This document shows positions 55,588 through 64,000 of a stretch of DNA of 64,000 nucleotides, piece by piece. The position numbers and the translations under genes are program-made. How positions within the stretch are numbered: position 1 is the stretch's first letter; each line of letters starts with the position of its first letter. The notes under the pieces were generated by a model, which was given only the letters and a program-made list of their open reading frames with translations, searched no databases and had not been told where the DNA came from. The stretch comes from an uncultured bacterium (lineage in GTDB: Bacteria > Muiribacteriota > Ozemobacteria > Ozemobacterales > Ozemobacteraceae): positions 5,576-69,575 of the forward strand of contig CAZQUE010000014.1 in NCBI GenBank assembly GCA_964596185.1. Reading direction: 5' to 3'.

Positions 55588-56588
55588 TGGCCGCCGTCTC
55601 CGAGTTTGCTGATGGCCTTGAAAATTTCGACCGGGTCAATGCTTTGCATGCAGATATGATCTTTTCTTGGACAGACTTTAAGGCGGCAGGGAGCTTGGGG
55701 GCAGCTCTCGCTTCCGTAAAAATACTGGACTTTTTCTGATAGGGAACCGGTTCTGGTCATGTCGGTCGGGCCGACCGGAACCATGGTTGGTGTGGCAAAC
55801 ATGGCTGCCAGATGCATGGTTCCTGAATCGTTCGCTACCATTGCCTTTGCTTGGCTCAATAGGATCGCCAACTTTTCAAGGCTTGTTTTTCCGGCAATGG
55901 AAGTTGAATTGTCTCCGGCAGCAGCTACTTTTTCGGCTATATCGGCTTCATTTCCGCTTCCAGTAACGAGAATCTTCAATTCTGGCTTTTTCTGATAGAG
56001 CAATTGCGCAAGTTTGGCAAACTTCTCGGCTGGCCAGCGCTTCGCCGCACCAAAAGCCGCACCCGGCGCAAAAATCAAATAGGGCTGATTTTTCGCCATG
56101 CCGAATTCATCAAGAGTTTGCGCTATTTTTTCCGGGGTAAAGGAAAATCTCGGCAGGGGCATGAAATCATGTGCCAGACCTGCTTCCCTTACCAGGGCAA
56201 AATGGAGCCTGGATTCATGAATACTTTTAAAGTTTTCAGGTTTTTCCAGGGTTCGGGAAAGAAACATTTTTCGCCCCTGAGTGTTGTAACCAAGGCTGGA
56301 AGCACGGCAAAGCCAGGCAATAATGGCAGCACGTAACGAATCGGGCAGAACTATTATTTGATCGAAATTCTCTGATTTCAATTGCCGCAATCGCGGCAGG
56401 CTTGCCAGCATGAGGCCGTTAGTGGGAATTTCGTGAATTGCGGCAAAGGCTTCTGTGAAGCGGTATATCTGCGCAAGATGAGGTCGGGTAAGGATATGTA
56501 CCTCATGTTTTTTTGCGGTTGCCAGAATCGCCGGCAAAGACATGACGACATCGCCGAGCCAGTTCAGGCCTATGAAGAGAACTTTCAT
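55584..56588 (-). CDS. waaF: LPS heptosyltransferase II-like (GT9)
   Basis: NWLGDVVMSLP, FAPGAAFGAAKRWP, GKTSL, NDSGTMHLAA. Confidence 0.8.
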   Translation of the reverse strand: MKVLFIGLNWLGDVVMSLPAILATAKKHEVHILTRPHLAQIYRFTEAFAAIHEIPTNGLMLASLPRLRQLKSENFDQIIVLPDSLRAAIIAWLCRASSLGYNTQGRKMFLSRTLEKPENFKSIHESRLHFALVREAGLAHDFMPLPRFSFTPEKIAQTLDEFGMAKNQPYLIFAPGAAFGAAKRWPAEKFAKLAQLLYQKKPELKILVTGSGNEADIAEKVAAAGDNSTSIAGKTSLEKLAILLSQAKAMVANDSGTMHLAAMFATPTMVPVGPTDMTRTGSLSEKVQYFYGSESCPQAPCRLKVCPRKDHICMQSIDPVEIFKAISKLGDGGQ

Positions 56589-57559
56589 GAATTGTTCCTG
56601 AAAAAATCGATTATTTCGCTTGCGGTTTTGGCAAAATCAAAGTCGCGACAGGCAAAGGAATTTTTCGGACAAACCTCTCGTTGCCCATGCAGGCTGCATG
56701 GTTTGCATGGTAACTCATTGGAAATAACCATTACCTTTGGTCCTGGAACCGGTGCAAAACCAAGCGAGGGCGAAGTCTGCAGGAAGATTCCAACTAATGG
56801 CAGATTAACAGCTCTTCCAAGATGCATTGGGCCAGAGTCGGAAGATATCAGTCCCGCAGCCATTTTAAGAAAACCAGGAAGTTGGCGCAGGCTAAGCTGA
56901 TTGCGCAGATCCAGCAGATCGTTGCCATTTTCGACAGGGCTGGTGCCTGTACCAATGAGAACGAGTTGTTTTTGAGATTGGCGGCGAAGCTCGTTTATCA
57001 ACTCGATTGGCAAAACCTTGCCGGGTTTTGATGCATCGGCATGAACAGCAAAGAATTCACGTTCGGCAAGATTGTAATTGTTCAAAAGTTCATTTGATTG
57101 TTGCAGATACTCATGCGAAAAAGAGATTGCCGGGTCAGGCTTTTCAATGCTGATCCTGCAGCTTTCGGCATACTTTTGCCAGACAGGGCGTTGGTCAGAA
57201 AACTTGAGTGGGAAGTTTCCCTTGAGGGCTGAAAATTGCTCAGAAAGTTGTCTTTTGATGTATCTGGTTTTGATTGGAGCTTTCAGAATAAGACTGATCG
57301 CGATGGTTGCCAGTTTTCCCTGAAGGTCATGAATCGAGGCGAACTCATGTTTCTGTAATTTTTTGATCAAGGTGGGCATTGTCGTGGCACCTTTGAACAG
57401 ATGAACGGTGGCCGGTAGAAATTCGCTGAGTTCATGCCAGCGTTGATGTATCAGCAGATGGACTTCGGTGTCTTTCTGCTGCATAGCACGAATGGTTGGG
57501 ATGGCCAACAAAATGTCGCCCATGGCATTCAGCCTTAATAGAAGTTCTTTCGGTCGCAT
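56585..57559 (-). CDS. Glycosyltransferase family 9
   Basis: NAMGDILLAIP, DLQG, DSGPMHLG. Confidence 0.85.
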   Translation of the reverse strand: MRPKELLLRLNAMGDILLAIPTIRAMQQKDTEVHLLIHQRWHELSEFLPATVHLFKGATTMPTLIKKLQKHEFASIHDLQGKLATIAISLILKAPIKTRYIKRQLSEQFSALKGNFPLKFSDQRPVWQKYAESCRISIEKPDPAISFSHEYLQQSNELLNNYNLAEREFFAVHADASKPGKVLPIELINELRRQSQKQLVLIGTGTSPVENGNDLLDLRNQLSLRQLPGFLKMAAGLISSDSGPMHLGRAVNLPLVGIFLQTSPSLGFAPVPGPKVMVISNELPCKPCSLHGQREVCPKNSFACRDFDFAKTASEIIDFFRNNS

Positions 57560-57565
57560 TGTTTT

Positions 57566-58825
57566 TCAGGGAAGCAGGTGGAGTCGTTGCAGATGATTGA
57601 TGGTTCGCTCACTTGCCCCGGCCATTGCATCGAGCACGGCCCTGGCTTTCTGGCCAGTCCGGGCAAATTCGTCAGGATGGTTGAGCCATTCTTGCAGAGC
57701 CTGACGCAGTTCTTCGGCATTTTTTACGGTTACAGCTGCTTTTGCCCGGTTAAGTGCCATCATTTCATAGCGAAAATTGAAGGTTTCCGGTCCAGTAAGG
57801 ATCGGCACTGAAAAGGCTGCGGGTTCCATGAGATTGTGCCCGCCTCTTTTGATAAGACTGCCGCCAACAAAAGCCAGGCTGGAAATGGCGTAGAAATTTC
57901 TCAATTCGCCGAGAGTATCGACGAGAATTACATGGGGTGCAACAGGTTTGGGGGCAGAAGCTCTTGAAAAATCGAGATTTTTCTTTTTGAGCAGCTCGAT
58001 GACCTCATCGGCTCTCTTAACATGTCTGGGGGCAATGATAACCGTTGCTTTCAGGCTTGGCCAGAGAGGTTCAAGGGCATCTAGTATGGCGGTTTCTTCG
58101 CCGGGATGTGTACTGCCAAAGCAGATTACCCGACGATTTTCCGGTAGTCCAAAGCGTTTTCTGATCAGGGCGGGGTCTGGTATTTCGTCAGCAAAATCGT
58201 ATTTGAAGCAGCCAAGCGTCGAAATTTTTTCAGATTCTACTCCAAGAATTTTGAATCTTCTCTGATAGTGCTTTTCTTGTGGCAAAACAAATGAAAAATT
58301 CTCGACGGCATTTTCAAAGAGGGGCCACAAAATGCGCATCATGCGCACGGATTTTTCATTGATGCGCCCGTTGATTATGCCGTATGGGATGTTTTTTCGT
58401 GCCAGCGTCGACAGCAGTAGCGGCCAGATTTCTGTTTCGCTGATGAGCATAACTCTGGGCTTTATTTTATCTATAAAAGGCAGGGTAAAGGCGGGTAGTT
58501 CAATCGGTAAGAGGGTCGACAGGCCGCAAATCTCTTCTTTACGCAGGTGCCGCAATCCATCCATCGTTGTAGAAGTACAGACAAGGCATTCTTTGCCATA
58601 TAATTGCGCAAGTTTTTTGATGAAAGGTTTCAGGGTGATAAATTCGCCCAACGAAGCGCCATGGATCCAGATAGTTCCTTGTTCCGGGGCACGGTAGTCT
58701 TCCGGCAGATTGCCCTTTCGTAAAGAGAATTCTTCTTTTTCAATTTTTCTGGGCGGAAAAATATCGAGCAGCTCGACAACTGCCCGCAGCAACCATTGAT
58801 ATGCTCTGAGATGAATTCTGCTCAT
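57566..58825 (-). CDS. waaA: 3-deoxy-D-manno-octulosonic acid transferase
   Basis: WIHGASLGE, ETEIWP, NGRI, GSTHPGEE, APRH, DTLGEL, GGHNLMEPA. Confidence 0.93.
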   Translation of the reverse strand: MSRIHLRAYQWLLRAVVELLDIFPPRKIEKEEFSLRKGNLPEDYRAPEQGTIWIHGASLGEFITLKPFIKKLAQLYGKECLVCTSTTMDGLRHLRKEEICGLSTLLPIELPAFTLPFIDKIKPRVMLISETEIWPLLLSTLARKNIPYGIINGRINEKSVRMMRILWPLFENAVENFSFVLPQEKHYQRRFKILGVESEKISTLGCFKYDFADEIPDPALIRKRFGLPENRRVICFGSTHPGEETAILDALEPLWPSLKATVIIAPRHVKRADEVIELLKKKNLDFSRASAPKPVAPHVILVDTLGELRNFYAISSLAFVGGSLIKRGGHNLMEPAAFSVPILTGPETFNFRYEMMALNRAKAAVTVKNAEELRQALQEWLNHPDEFARTGQKARAVLDAMAGASERTINHLQRLHLLP

Positions 58826-58880
58826 AAATCCCTGAACCCGTCGTGTGTACTCTATTTCTAACTTGGAATATACCGCAATG

Positions 58881-59825
58881 TCAAAGAAGATTTAAAAATT
58901 TGACCGATTCATTTTCGGGGGCGTCGGCAGGTTGGGTTTTCCAGCGACGATGCAGCCAGAACCATTGTTCGGGCAAATTTCTAACCATTTCTTCGACGAA
59001 TCTACTGTAAGCAGCGGTTAATTTCTGCTGGCCTTCGATTGAATCATTGAAATTTTCCGGGAAAATCGGCTCCCAGATTTTTAGCTGATGTCGGCCGTTA
59101 TAATCTGGAAAAAGTGCCAGGGGAACGATTGGCGCGCCGGTTCGCAATGAAATCGCCGCTGGCCCGGTTGGCGCCGAAGCCCATTTATCAAGGAAGTTGA
59201 CGAAAATTCCCTGTTTGCCGTTGTCCTGGTCGACCATCAGTGCGAGAATATGGCCTTTTCGCAGTGATTTGAGAATCTCGCGCATGCCGTAACCTGAATC
59301 AGTAGTGAGTGGGCCCAGACGCTGGCGCATGTCTTCCATCCAACGATCGACTTCAGGATTGTTCTGACGTCTGACCACGACGGTGACAGGAAAACCGTTC
59401 TGGACCAGCCAGGGCGGCACTAGTTCCCATAAGCCAAAATGCCCGGAAATGATTATCGCACCCTTTTTTCGACTTAACGCCTGCTCAAGATTTGCCAGAT
59501 CGCGACATTCTATCTTTTGCCTGAGTTCGTTGGCGCTCATGAACTTGAGGCCTGCCATTTCACAGGCATTGAGCACAAAGTTAAAGTAGACTTTCCTGGC
59601 AAGTCTTGTGGCTGCGTTTTCTTCCAGGGCAAGTCGCTCTTCAAGTGTTTTTACGACGTAACTGCGCCTGATTTTGAGAAAGTCGAAGGTTAATCGAGCA
59701 AGAAGACTGGCCAGCCGGCAGCGCGTCTTGAACCGCATTTTTAACGATCTGGCCGCCAGCTGGTCGAGTAAAAAGCACTGAATCTGGTAACCGAGTCGGC
59801 GAAAAATATTGATGTCTTTTTTCAT
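58881..59825 (-). CDS. Lipid A late acyltransferase (LpxL/HtrB family)
   Basis: GHFGLWE, LMVDQD, PEQWFWLHRRWK. Confidence 0.9.
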   Translation of the reverse strand: MKKDINIFRRLGYQIQCFLLDQLAARSLKMRFKTRCRLASLLARLTFDFLKIRRSYVVKTLEERLALEENAATRLARKVYFNFVLNACEMAGLKFMSANELRQKIECRDLANLEQALSRKKGAIIISGHFGLWELVPPWLVQNGFPVTVVVRRQNNPEVDRWMEDMRQRLGPLTTDSGYGMREILKSLRKGHILALMVDQDNGKQGIFVNFLDKWASAPTGPAAISLRTGAPIVPLALFPDYNGRHQLKIWEPIFPENFNDSIEGQQKLTAAYSRFVEEMVRNLPEQWFWLHRRWKTQPADAPENESVKFLNLL

Positions 59826-60991
59826 TTTTTACTTTTAAACACTCTTTTAAGTTGTCTTATTTTAAAGGCAAGCTGTAATAAAGGACTTTTGTCAGCTATT
59901 ATCGCATCTACCGGACATACTTCCATACAGCAGAAGCAGGAAATGCAAAGATTGCGATCGAAAATCGCTCCTGTTTCAGTAATGCTTATCGCATTCACCG
60001 GACAAATTTCAGCGCAGCGTCCGCATCTGATGCAAAGGCCTTCTTTTAACTGCGGGCCGGCCCATACAAGAGTTTTGAGTGCATCGAGAAGACGATCAGG
60101 CAGATAATCCTGGGGTGTCATTCCCGGAACCTTGAAACTGCTGAGCCTGAATTGAGCGATAGAATCGCCCAATGTTTCAATCCCGGCAAAAGAAGCTGGC
60201 CCCCAATTGAGTTCATTCGCCCGTTTCAGACTTGTAACCTTGTTTTCATCGATGCCGCAGATATTGCAGAAAGTTCGGTCGATTGCTACCGGACAAGTTG
60301 AAGCCATGAGAAGACCCGGGAAAACTCTGGTTCCGCCGGCGGGACCCTGTCCCTCCATGCCCTCGATGGCATCCATGATGGTAAGGTGGGTTGGCAGATT
60401 ATAAGCCAGGTCAGTAACAAAATTCCCAAATTCAAACGACTTGGTAAAGACCTTGTGCCAGATCGCTTTCTGCAGACCTGGAACCAGTCCAAAAAGATTT
60501 TTCACTGCTCCGGTAATCCTTGTCAGATTGTGGGTTTTCAACTTCGGCAGATTTACGACCAGATCAGCCTCGAAATAGGCGCTGGTGATATGAACCTGGC
60601 GAATTTTTCCGTTACAGCTGAATTCTATTGCTTTTTTTGGCTGGGTTTCGAAGCAGACCAGCTCTGCTCCGCTTTTTTTGGCAGCATCGGCGAATCCGGT
60701 CGTTTCCCAGAATTTTTCAGTGCGTCCAAATACCGCCGGTGGACTGTCACCAATAAAAACTTTCAGCCCGTTTTTGACGAACCATTCCGCCACTGCCTGA
60801 ACAAGGGTCGGATGAGTCGTTGCTGCATGATCAGGCGTTTTGCAGGAGAGCATATTTGGCTTTAGTAATACTTTGCCGTTTTTGGGGGGCAGCGGTAATT
60901 TTGGGGAAAAATGTTCGAGTATCGTGGAAACCTTTTGATAGACGATACTGTAATCGTAATTGTCACATTTTTGGAGAAGAACCTGCGTCAT
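59822..60991 (-). CDS. DUF362 protein with C-terminal 2x[4Fe-4S] ferredoxin domain
   Basis: LLKPNML, TTHP, NLPKLKTH, TGAVKN, GQGPAGG; CIRCGRCAEICP and CISCFCCMEVCP. Confidence 0.9.
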   Translation of the reverse strand: MTQVLLQKCDNYDYSIVYQKVSTILEHFSPKLPLPPKNGKVLLKPNMLSCKTPDHAATTHPTLVQAVAEWFVKNGLKVFIGDSPPAVFGRTEKFWETTGFADAAKKSGAELVCFETQPKKAIEFSCNGKIRQVHITSAYFEADLVVNLPKLKTHNLTRITGAVKNLFGLVPGLQKAIWHKVFTKSFEFGNFVTDLAYNLPTHLTIMDAIEGMEGQGPAGGTRVFPGLLMASTCPVAIDRTFCNICGIDENKVTSLKRANELNWGPASFAGIETLGDSIAQFRLSSFKVPGMTPQDYLPDRLLDALKTLVWAGPQLKEGLCIRCGRCAEICPVNAISITETGAIFDRNLCISCFCCMEVCPVDAIIADKSPLLQLAFKIRQLKRVFKSKK

Positions 60992-60995
60992 GTTT

Positions 60996-61982
60996 TTATG
61001 GGTTTTGTTGAACCAACGGATGATTGTAAAGGTGTTCGGGTATTACTGGCGGTGGGGCGGGACCAAAGCCACTCTGAGGTTCAAATGGCAGGGCTTTGAT
61101 AAGCGGAAGGTCAGGCCATGGGCCTTTTTGCAAAATCTTTCGCGGCCATGGTGATATTTCCAGGCCATTTTCACGTTCGATGACTATGCACTGATTCAAA
61201 TAAACAATTTTGCTGAGTATCTGGCAAAAAGGCAAATCTCTAAAAGAGCAGTAGACGGGAAAGTGCAAATCTCGAGGAAACTGAATCGGAGTTTTACTGC
61301 CCAGGGCAATTTTTTTCAGGACGAATTGAATGTCGTCGCCACGCGAAAAGAGAATGCCCGAATCATTCAAACCCGGATACCTTATTGAAAGCAGTTCAGG
61401 TTTGCTTTTCTGCATTCTTTGCAAAACTTCCGTCCATTCTTCGCCAGCCGGTTTTAATGGCATTACCATCAGAACCGGCCCAGCCAGTGCAAAGCGATGG
61501 TGTGGCGGCATGATTTTTTGTAGAAGTCGGCTGATGCTACCTCCGTGATTTCCTGGCACGACAGCCCCGCCGGCTTGAAAATGCATGATTGCCTGATAGC
61601 CGAAACCATGAGCCAGCAATTCAATCGCCTCCCATAGGGAAATTGGGTGTCCAAAAAAGCTCCAGCCACGGTGAAATCGGGTTTTTTTCGGTGGATTCAA
61701 ATAGATTTCGGCAAAGGAACGGGTTGATGTTTTTTTGAAAAGAATGCTTGAATGTCTGATTTCATCGACCAGCCATTCATCGTCGAGGCGCATCTTTTCG
61801 CATACGTGGAATTTCTGCTGGTTGTACAGCAAGAAGGCGCGCGGGTTGTCTTTGTGGTAGAGAATGGCTTTAATGACCGGCTCATCGCCACGCCGCTGCT
61901 GATAGTGAGCATGCAGGGATTCTCTGGCAAAAAGCATCAGAAAAAGAAGCGCAAGCAAATATAGCGAAAGGGATCTTTGCAT
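60996..61982 (-). CDS. Exported protein with PilP/GspC-like domain followed by two STN/secretin-N0-like domains
   Basis: KAILYHKDNPRAFL...LVDEIRHSSILF; ISLWEAIELLAHGFG; IQFVLKKIA...SFRDLPFCQILSKI...ERENGLEI. Confidence 0.5.
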   Translation of the reverse strand: MQRSLSLYLLALLFLMLFARESLHAHYQQRRGDEPVIKAILYHKDNPRAFLLYNQQKFHVCEKMRLDDEWLVDEIRHSSILFKKTSTRSFAEIYLNPPKKTRFHRGWSFFGHPISLWEAIELLAHGFGYQAIMHFQAGGAVVPGNHGGSISRLLQKIMPPHHRFALAGPVLMVMPLKPAGEEWTEVLQRMQKSKPELLSIRYPGLNDSGILFSRGDDIQFVLKKIALGSKTPIQFPRDLHFPVYCSFRDLPFCQILSKIVYLNQCIVIERENGLEISPWPRKILQKGPWPDLPLIKALPFEPQSGFGPAPPPVIPEHLYNHPLVQQNP

Positions 61983-62710
61983 CAGTCTTCAAGCTCACTT
62001 TCTTCAGCGGCTTTTTGTTTAGATTCAATAAAGAAGGATTTGAAGCGGCTGGTCGGTTTATAAAACTGCCGCGCCGGTTCCTGCTTTTTTATTGTTCTGG
62101 CCTTTGGTGGCACTAATTTTTGCTGTGAGGGTCGGCCGAAAATCAGTTGCTGCAGCTGCATCGCCTGGTTAAAGTCGCTTTCGCTCAGCTGCGAGAGCTG
62201 CCCGGCAAGGTTGCCTTTTTCGCTGTTAATAAGTTGAAGCAGCTGGGCCGCGGCGTTGATCTTTTTGTCGAGCAACTCTTTTTCTTCGCTCAAACGCTCT
62301 TTTTCAACCGGGTCGGTAATTGTTTTCAGCAGATTCTGAAGATCATCACGGTTTTTAACTAGCCTGTCGCGGTTTTTTGCTGAGAATTCAATGCTGTGTT
62401 GCAGACTCAGAGTGTCAGAGGCTCGCTTCTCTGTGGTCGATTTAATCGCTTTTTCGCGCAGTTTACTGAAGTCAGGCAATTTCGGTTTTTTAAACTTTTG
62501 TGAAGTTTTAGAGCTTTCAATGGTCGCGGCCGAGCCGGTTTCAGGGTCTATCGGCGCCATCGGGCCATTCAGTTGAAACTCTGATGAAGAACTCGATTTA
62601 AATTCAACTTCATCCATCCAGGCTGGGAAATCCTCGGCATAAGCCATGCTACCAGCCATGTATAACAGGCCGGCAAAGGTTAACAATATTTTGCATTTTC
62701 CAGCACGCAT
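61982..62710 (-). CDS. Exported coiled-coil hypothetical protein
   Basis: Signal peptide ending AYA-E; K/E/L/Q-rich helical region; TGATG coupling to the next gene. Confidence 0.7.
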   Translation of the reverse strand: MRAGKCKILLTFAGLLYMAGSMAYAEDFPAWMDEVEFKSSSSSEFQLNGPMAPIDPETGSAATIESSKTSQKFKKPKLPDFSKLREKAIKSTTEKRASDTLSLQHSIEFSAKNRDRLVKNRDDLQNLLKTITDPVEKERLSEEKELLDKKINAAAQLLQLINSEKGNLAGQLSQLSESDFNQAMQLQQLIFGRPSQQKLVPPKARTIKKQEPARQFYKPTSRFKSFFIESKQKAAEESELED

Positions 62711-62860
62711 TGGCCAATTTGTACCATAACTGCAGCCAATGTGGCAAATTTAAATAAGGTGAAGCAAATTTATAACCATTTGCTGTGCGAAAACATGCCG
62801 GCTTAAAAAAAAATCAGTATAATGAAAAGAAATTCAAAATGTACAAGTCAGGAACACATT

Positions 62861-64000
62861 ATGAACAGGCTGCGTATTGCGGTTTTAATTATAGGTTTGA
62901 TGCTGGTTTGCACCGGCTCTGTGCTCGAAGCCAAAGACACCGAATTTGAATTTTATTACCAGGCCATCGAAAAAGTGGTGCAGATAAATAATCCAAACCC
63001 TCAAGGCCCATGGGAAACCGCCAAAAGTTTGCTCAAATCCGGAATAAATTCGGGGTTAAGATTTTGGGAAAGAGCCTTTGGTCGCAGCTTGTTTACCGGC
63101 GAGGGCTCCAAAAGGTGGTATTCGCGAGAGAATAGCTGCATTGCCTATGATGTCCGGCGGGTTAAGGTGAGAAGTGAAGCGCATTTGCTTCAACTTATGG
63201 GCGCTGAAACCGAATCAGATCTTTCCGATGGTCAGAAAGCCATGTTGGCAGTATATCGCCACTCGCGTTCGCAGGCAATTAATGAACGCCATCAATATGG
63301 ATACATTTCCAAGGTAAAAGTTATTCTTTCTGACACCAGCGGCTTTGAAGACCAAGGCAAATATCCGCATGTTCGTCGAGATTTCTGGCCATTTTCTCAG
63401 GGATCGCTCATAATGATGTCAACGAATTTTTTTAGTTACCCGGGATCTGAAGATAATGCCAGATCCACTTTTGTGCATGAATATTCTCACTCAATGGACA
63501 GAACAATAAAAGAGTTCATTAGCCCCTATGGGAAGGATGGCACTCATTACACTAATGAACTGACCAAGCCACGATCCGCTTTCGTTGAGGGTTGGGCTGA
63601 GTTTAATGAAATGCTGGATTCTGAATATGAAGTCAAGGCAATGAAAAGTTCAATAAAAAATGTTCGCATCGAAAGCAAGACCATTGCCGGTGATTACCAG
63701 ATGGTTTCTGCCGACAACCCGGATCTTTCGGGAGCGGATTTACTCAGCGTCGAAGGCATAAATGCAATGATTCTTTATCGCCTTGCAAATGAAGTTCCCG
63801 ATGGCCGAAAAAAGATCTTTGAGACCTTCAGTAAAACGAATTGGAAAATTTTCCGCTCTCTTAGCACTTTTTCCAGGGATTTTGCCCGACGTTACCCCGA
63901 AGATGCCGCAAAACTTGCGGAAATAATCGATTCTGAGAGCAAGGGGCGTTTTTCAGAGACAGAGTTGATCGAGTATGCCGGCGACTCAGCAGGGATGCGC
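62861..64000 (+). CDS. Secreted zinc metallopeptidase-like protein, partial (runs off the right edge; missing from ORF track)
   Basis: Hand translation MNRLRIAVLIIGLMLVCTGSVLEA-K...; in-frame HEYSH (63476) and downstream AFVEGWAEF (63578), a gluzincin-like arrangement. Confidence 0.7.
   Translation, partial: MNRLRIAVLIIGLMLVCTGSVLEAKDTEFEFYYQAIEKVVQINNPNPQGPWETAKSLLKSGINSGLRFWERAFGRSLFTGEGSKRWYSRENSCIAYDVRRVKVRSEAHLLQLMGAETESDLSDGQKAMLAVYRHSRSQAINERHQYGYISKVKVILSDTSGFEDQGKYPHVRRDFWPFSQGSLIMMSTNFFSYPGSEDNARSTFVHEYSHSMDRTIKEFISPYGKDGTHYTNELTKPRSAFVEGWAEFNEMLDSEYEVKAMKSSIKNVRIESKTIAGDYQMVSADNPDLSGADLLSVEGINAMILYRLANEVPDGRKKIFETFSKTNWKIFRSLSTFSRDFARRYPEDAAKLAEIIDSESKGRFSETELIEYAGDSAGMR

Noticed and set aside
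56382-56900. 172-aa plus-strand ORF and similar 60-170-aa antisense ORFs throughout the window
   Set aside because: They lie fully opposite well-supported genes, with no motifs or SD; treated as shadow ORFs.
54604-59825. Three GT9 paralogues as a novelty
   Set aside because: Multiple heptosyltransferase-family genes next to waaA and lpxL are ordinary for LPS core loci.
47908-62723. Shared 13-mer TGGCCAATTTGTA at ~47908 and ~62711
   Set aside because: Many 13-mer matches are expected by chance in 64 kb, and the contexts differ.
1-64000. CRISPR array, tRNA, rRNA, IS or prophage
   Set aside because: All intergenic gaps are under ~250 nt, with no regularly spaced repeats or cloverleaf-like sequence, and I saw no transposase, integrase or virion genes. 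The primase-helicase-like gene has no mobile neighbours.

Overview
Gene-dense chromosomal segment of a diderm (LPS-making) bacterium, genetic code 11. I saw no rRNA, tRNA, CRISPR array, transposase, integrase or phage structural gene. The gene mix is reminiscent of candidate-phylum genomes such as Ca. Riflebacteria (inference only). Left to right: a tandem pair of UvrD-type helicases (AdnAB/AddAB-like; the left one runs off the window); a hybrid sensor kinase; alpha-2-macroglobulin + pbpC; a DUF4956-CotH-VTC cluster with a second, apparently exported CYTH enzyme and an interposed antisense TPR gene; a 10-kb locus with three Skp/OmpH-like paralogues, three prepilin-type proteins behind a near-consensus sigma54 promoter and a 1609-aa secreted protein; an M42 peptidase; two apparent pseudo-enzymes (alkaline-phosphatase fold; primase-helicase-like fusion) with acyP; murC; an envelope cluster (GT-C, FN3 lipoprotein, FecR/NTF2 protein, beta-barrel, LysM-M23); rlpA; cheC-cheD-X-fliA; pth, gpmI, gmk, a FecR-domain protein, arfB; an LPS cluster (three GT9, waaA, lpxL); DUF362; a PilP/GspC-like + STN-like fusion; and a partial secreted HExxH metallopeptidase at the right edge. 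The best candidate for an undescribed system is the sigma54 pilin + triple Skp-like + giant protein locus (21046-31210). All domain calls are by-eye motif recognition, not database searches.
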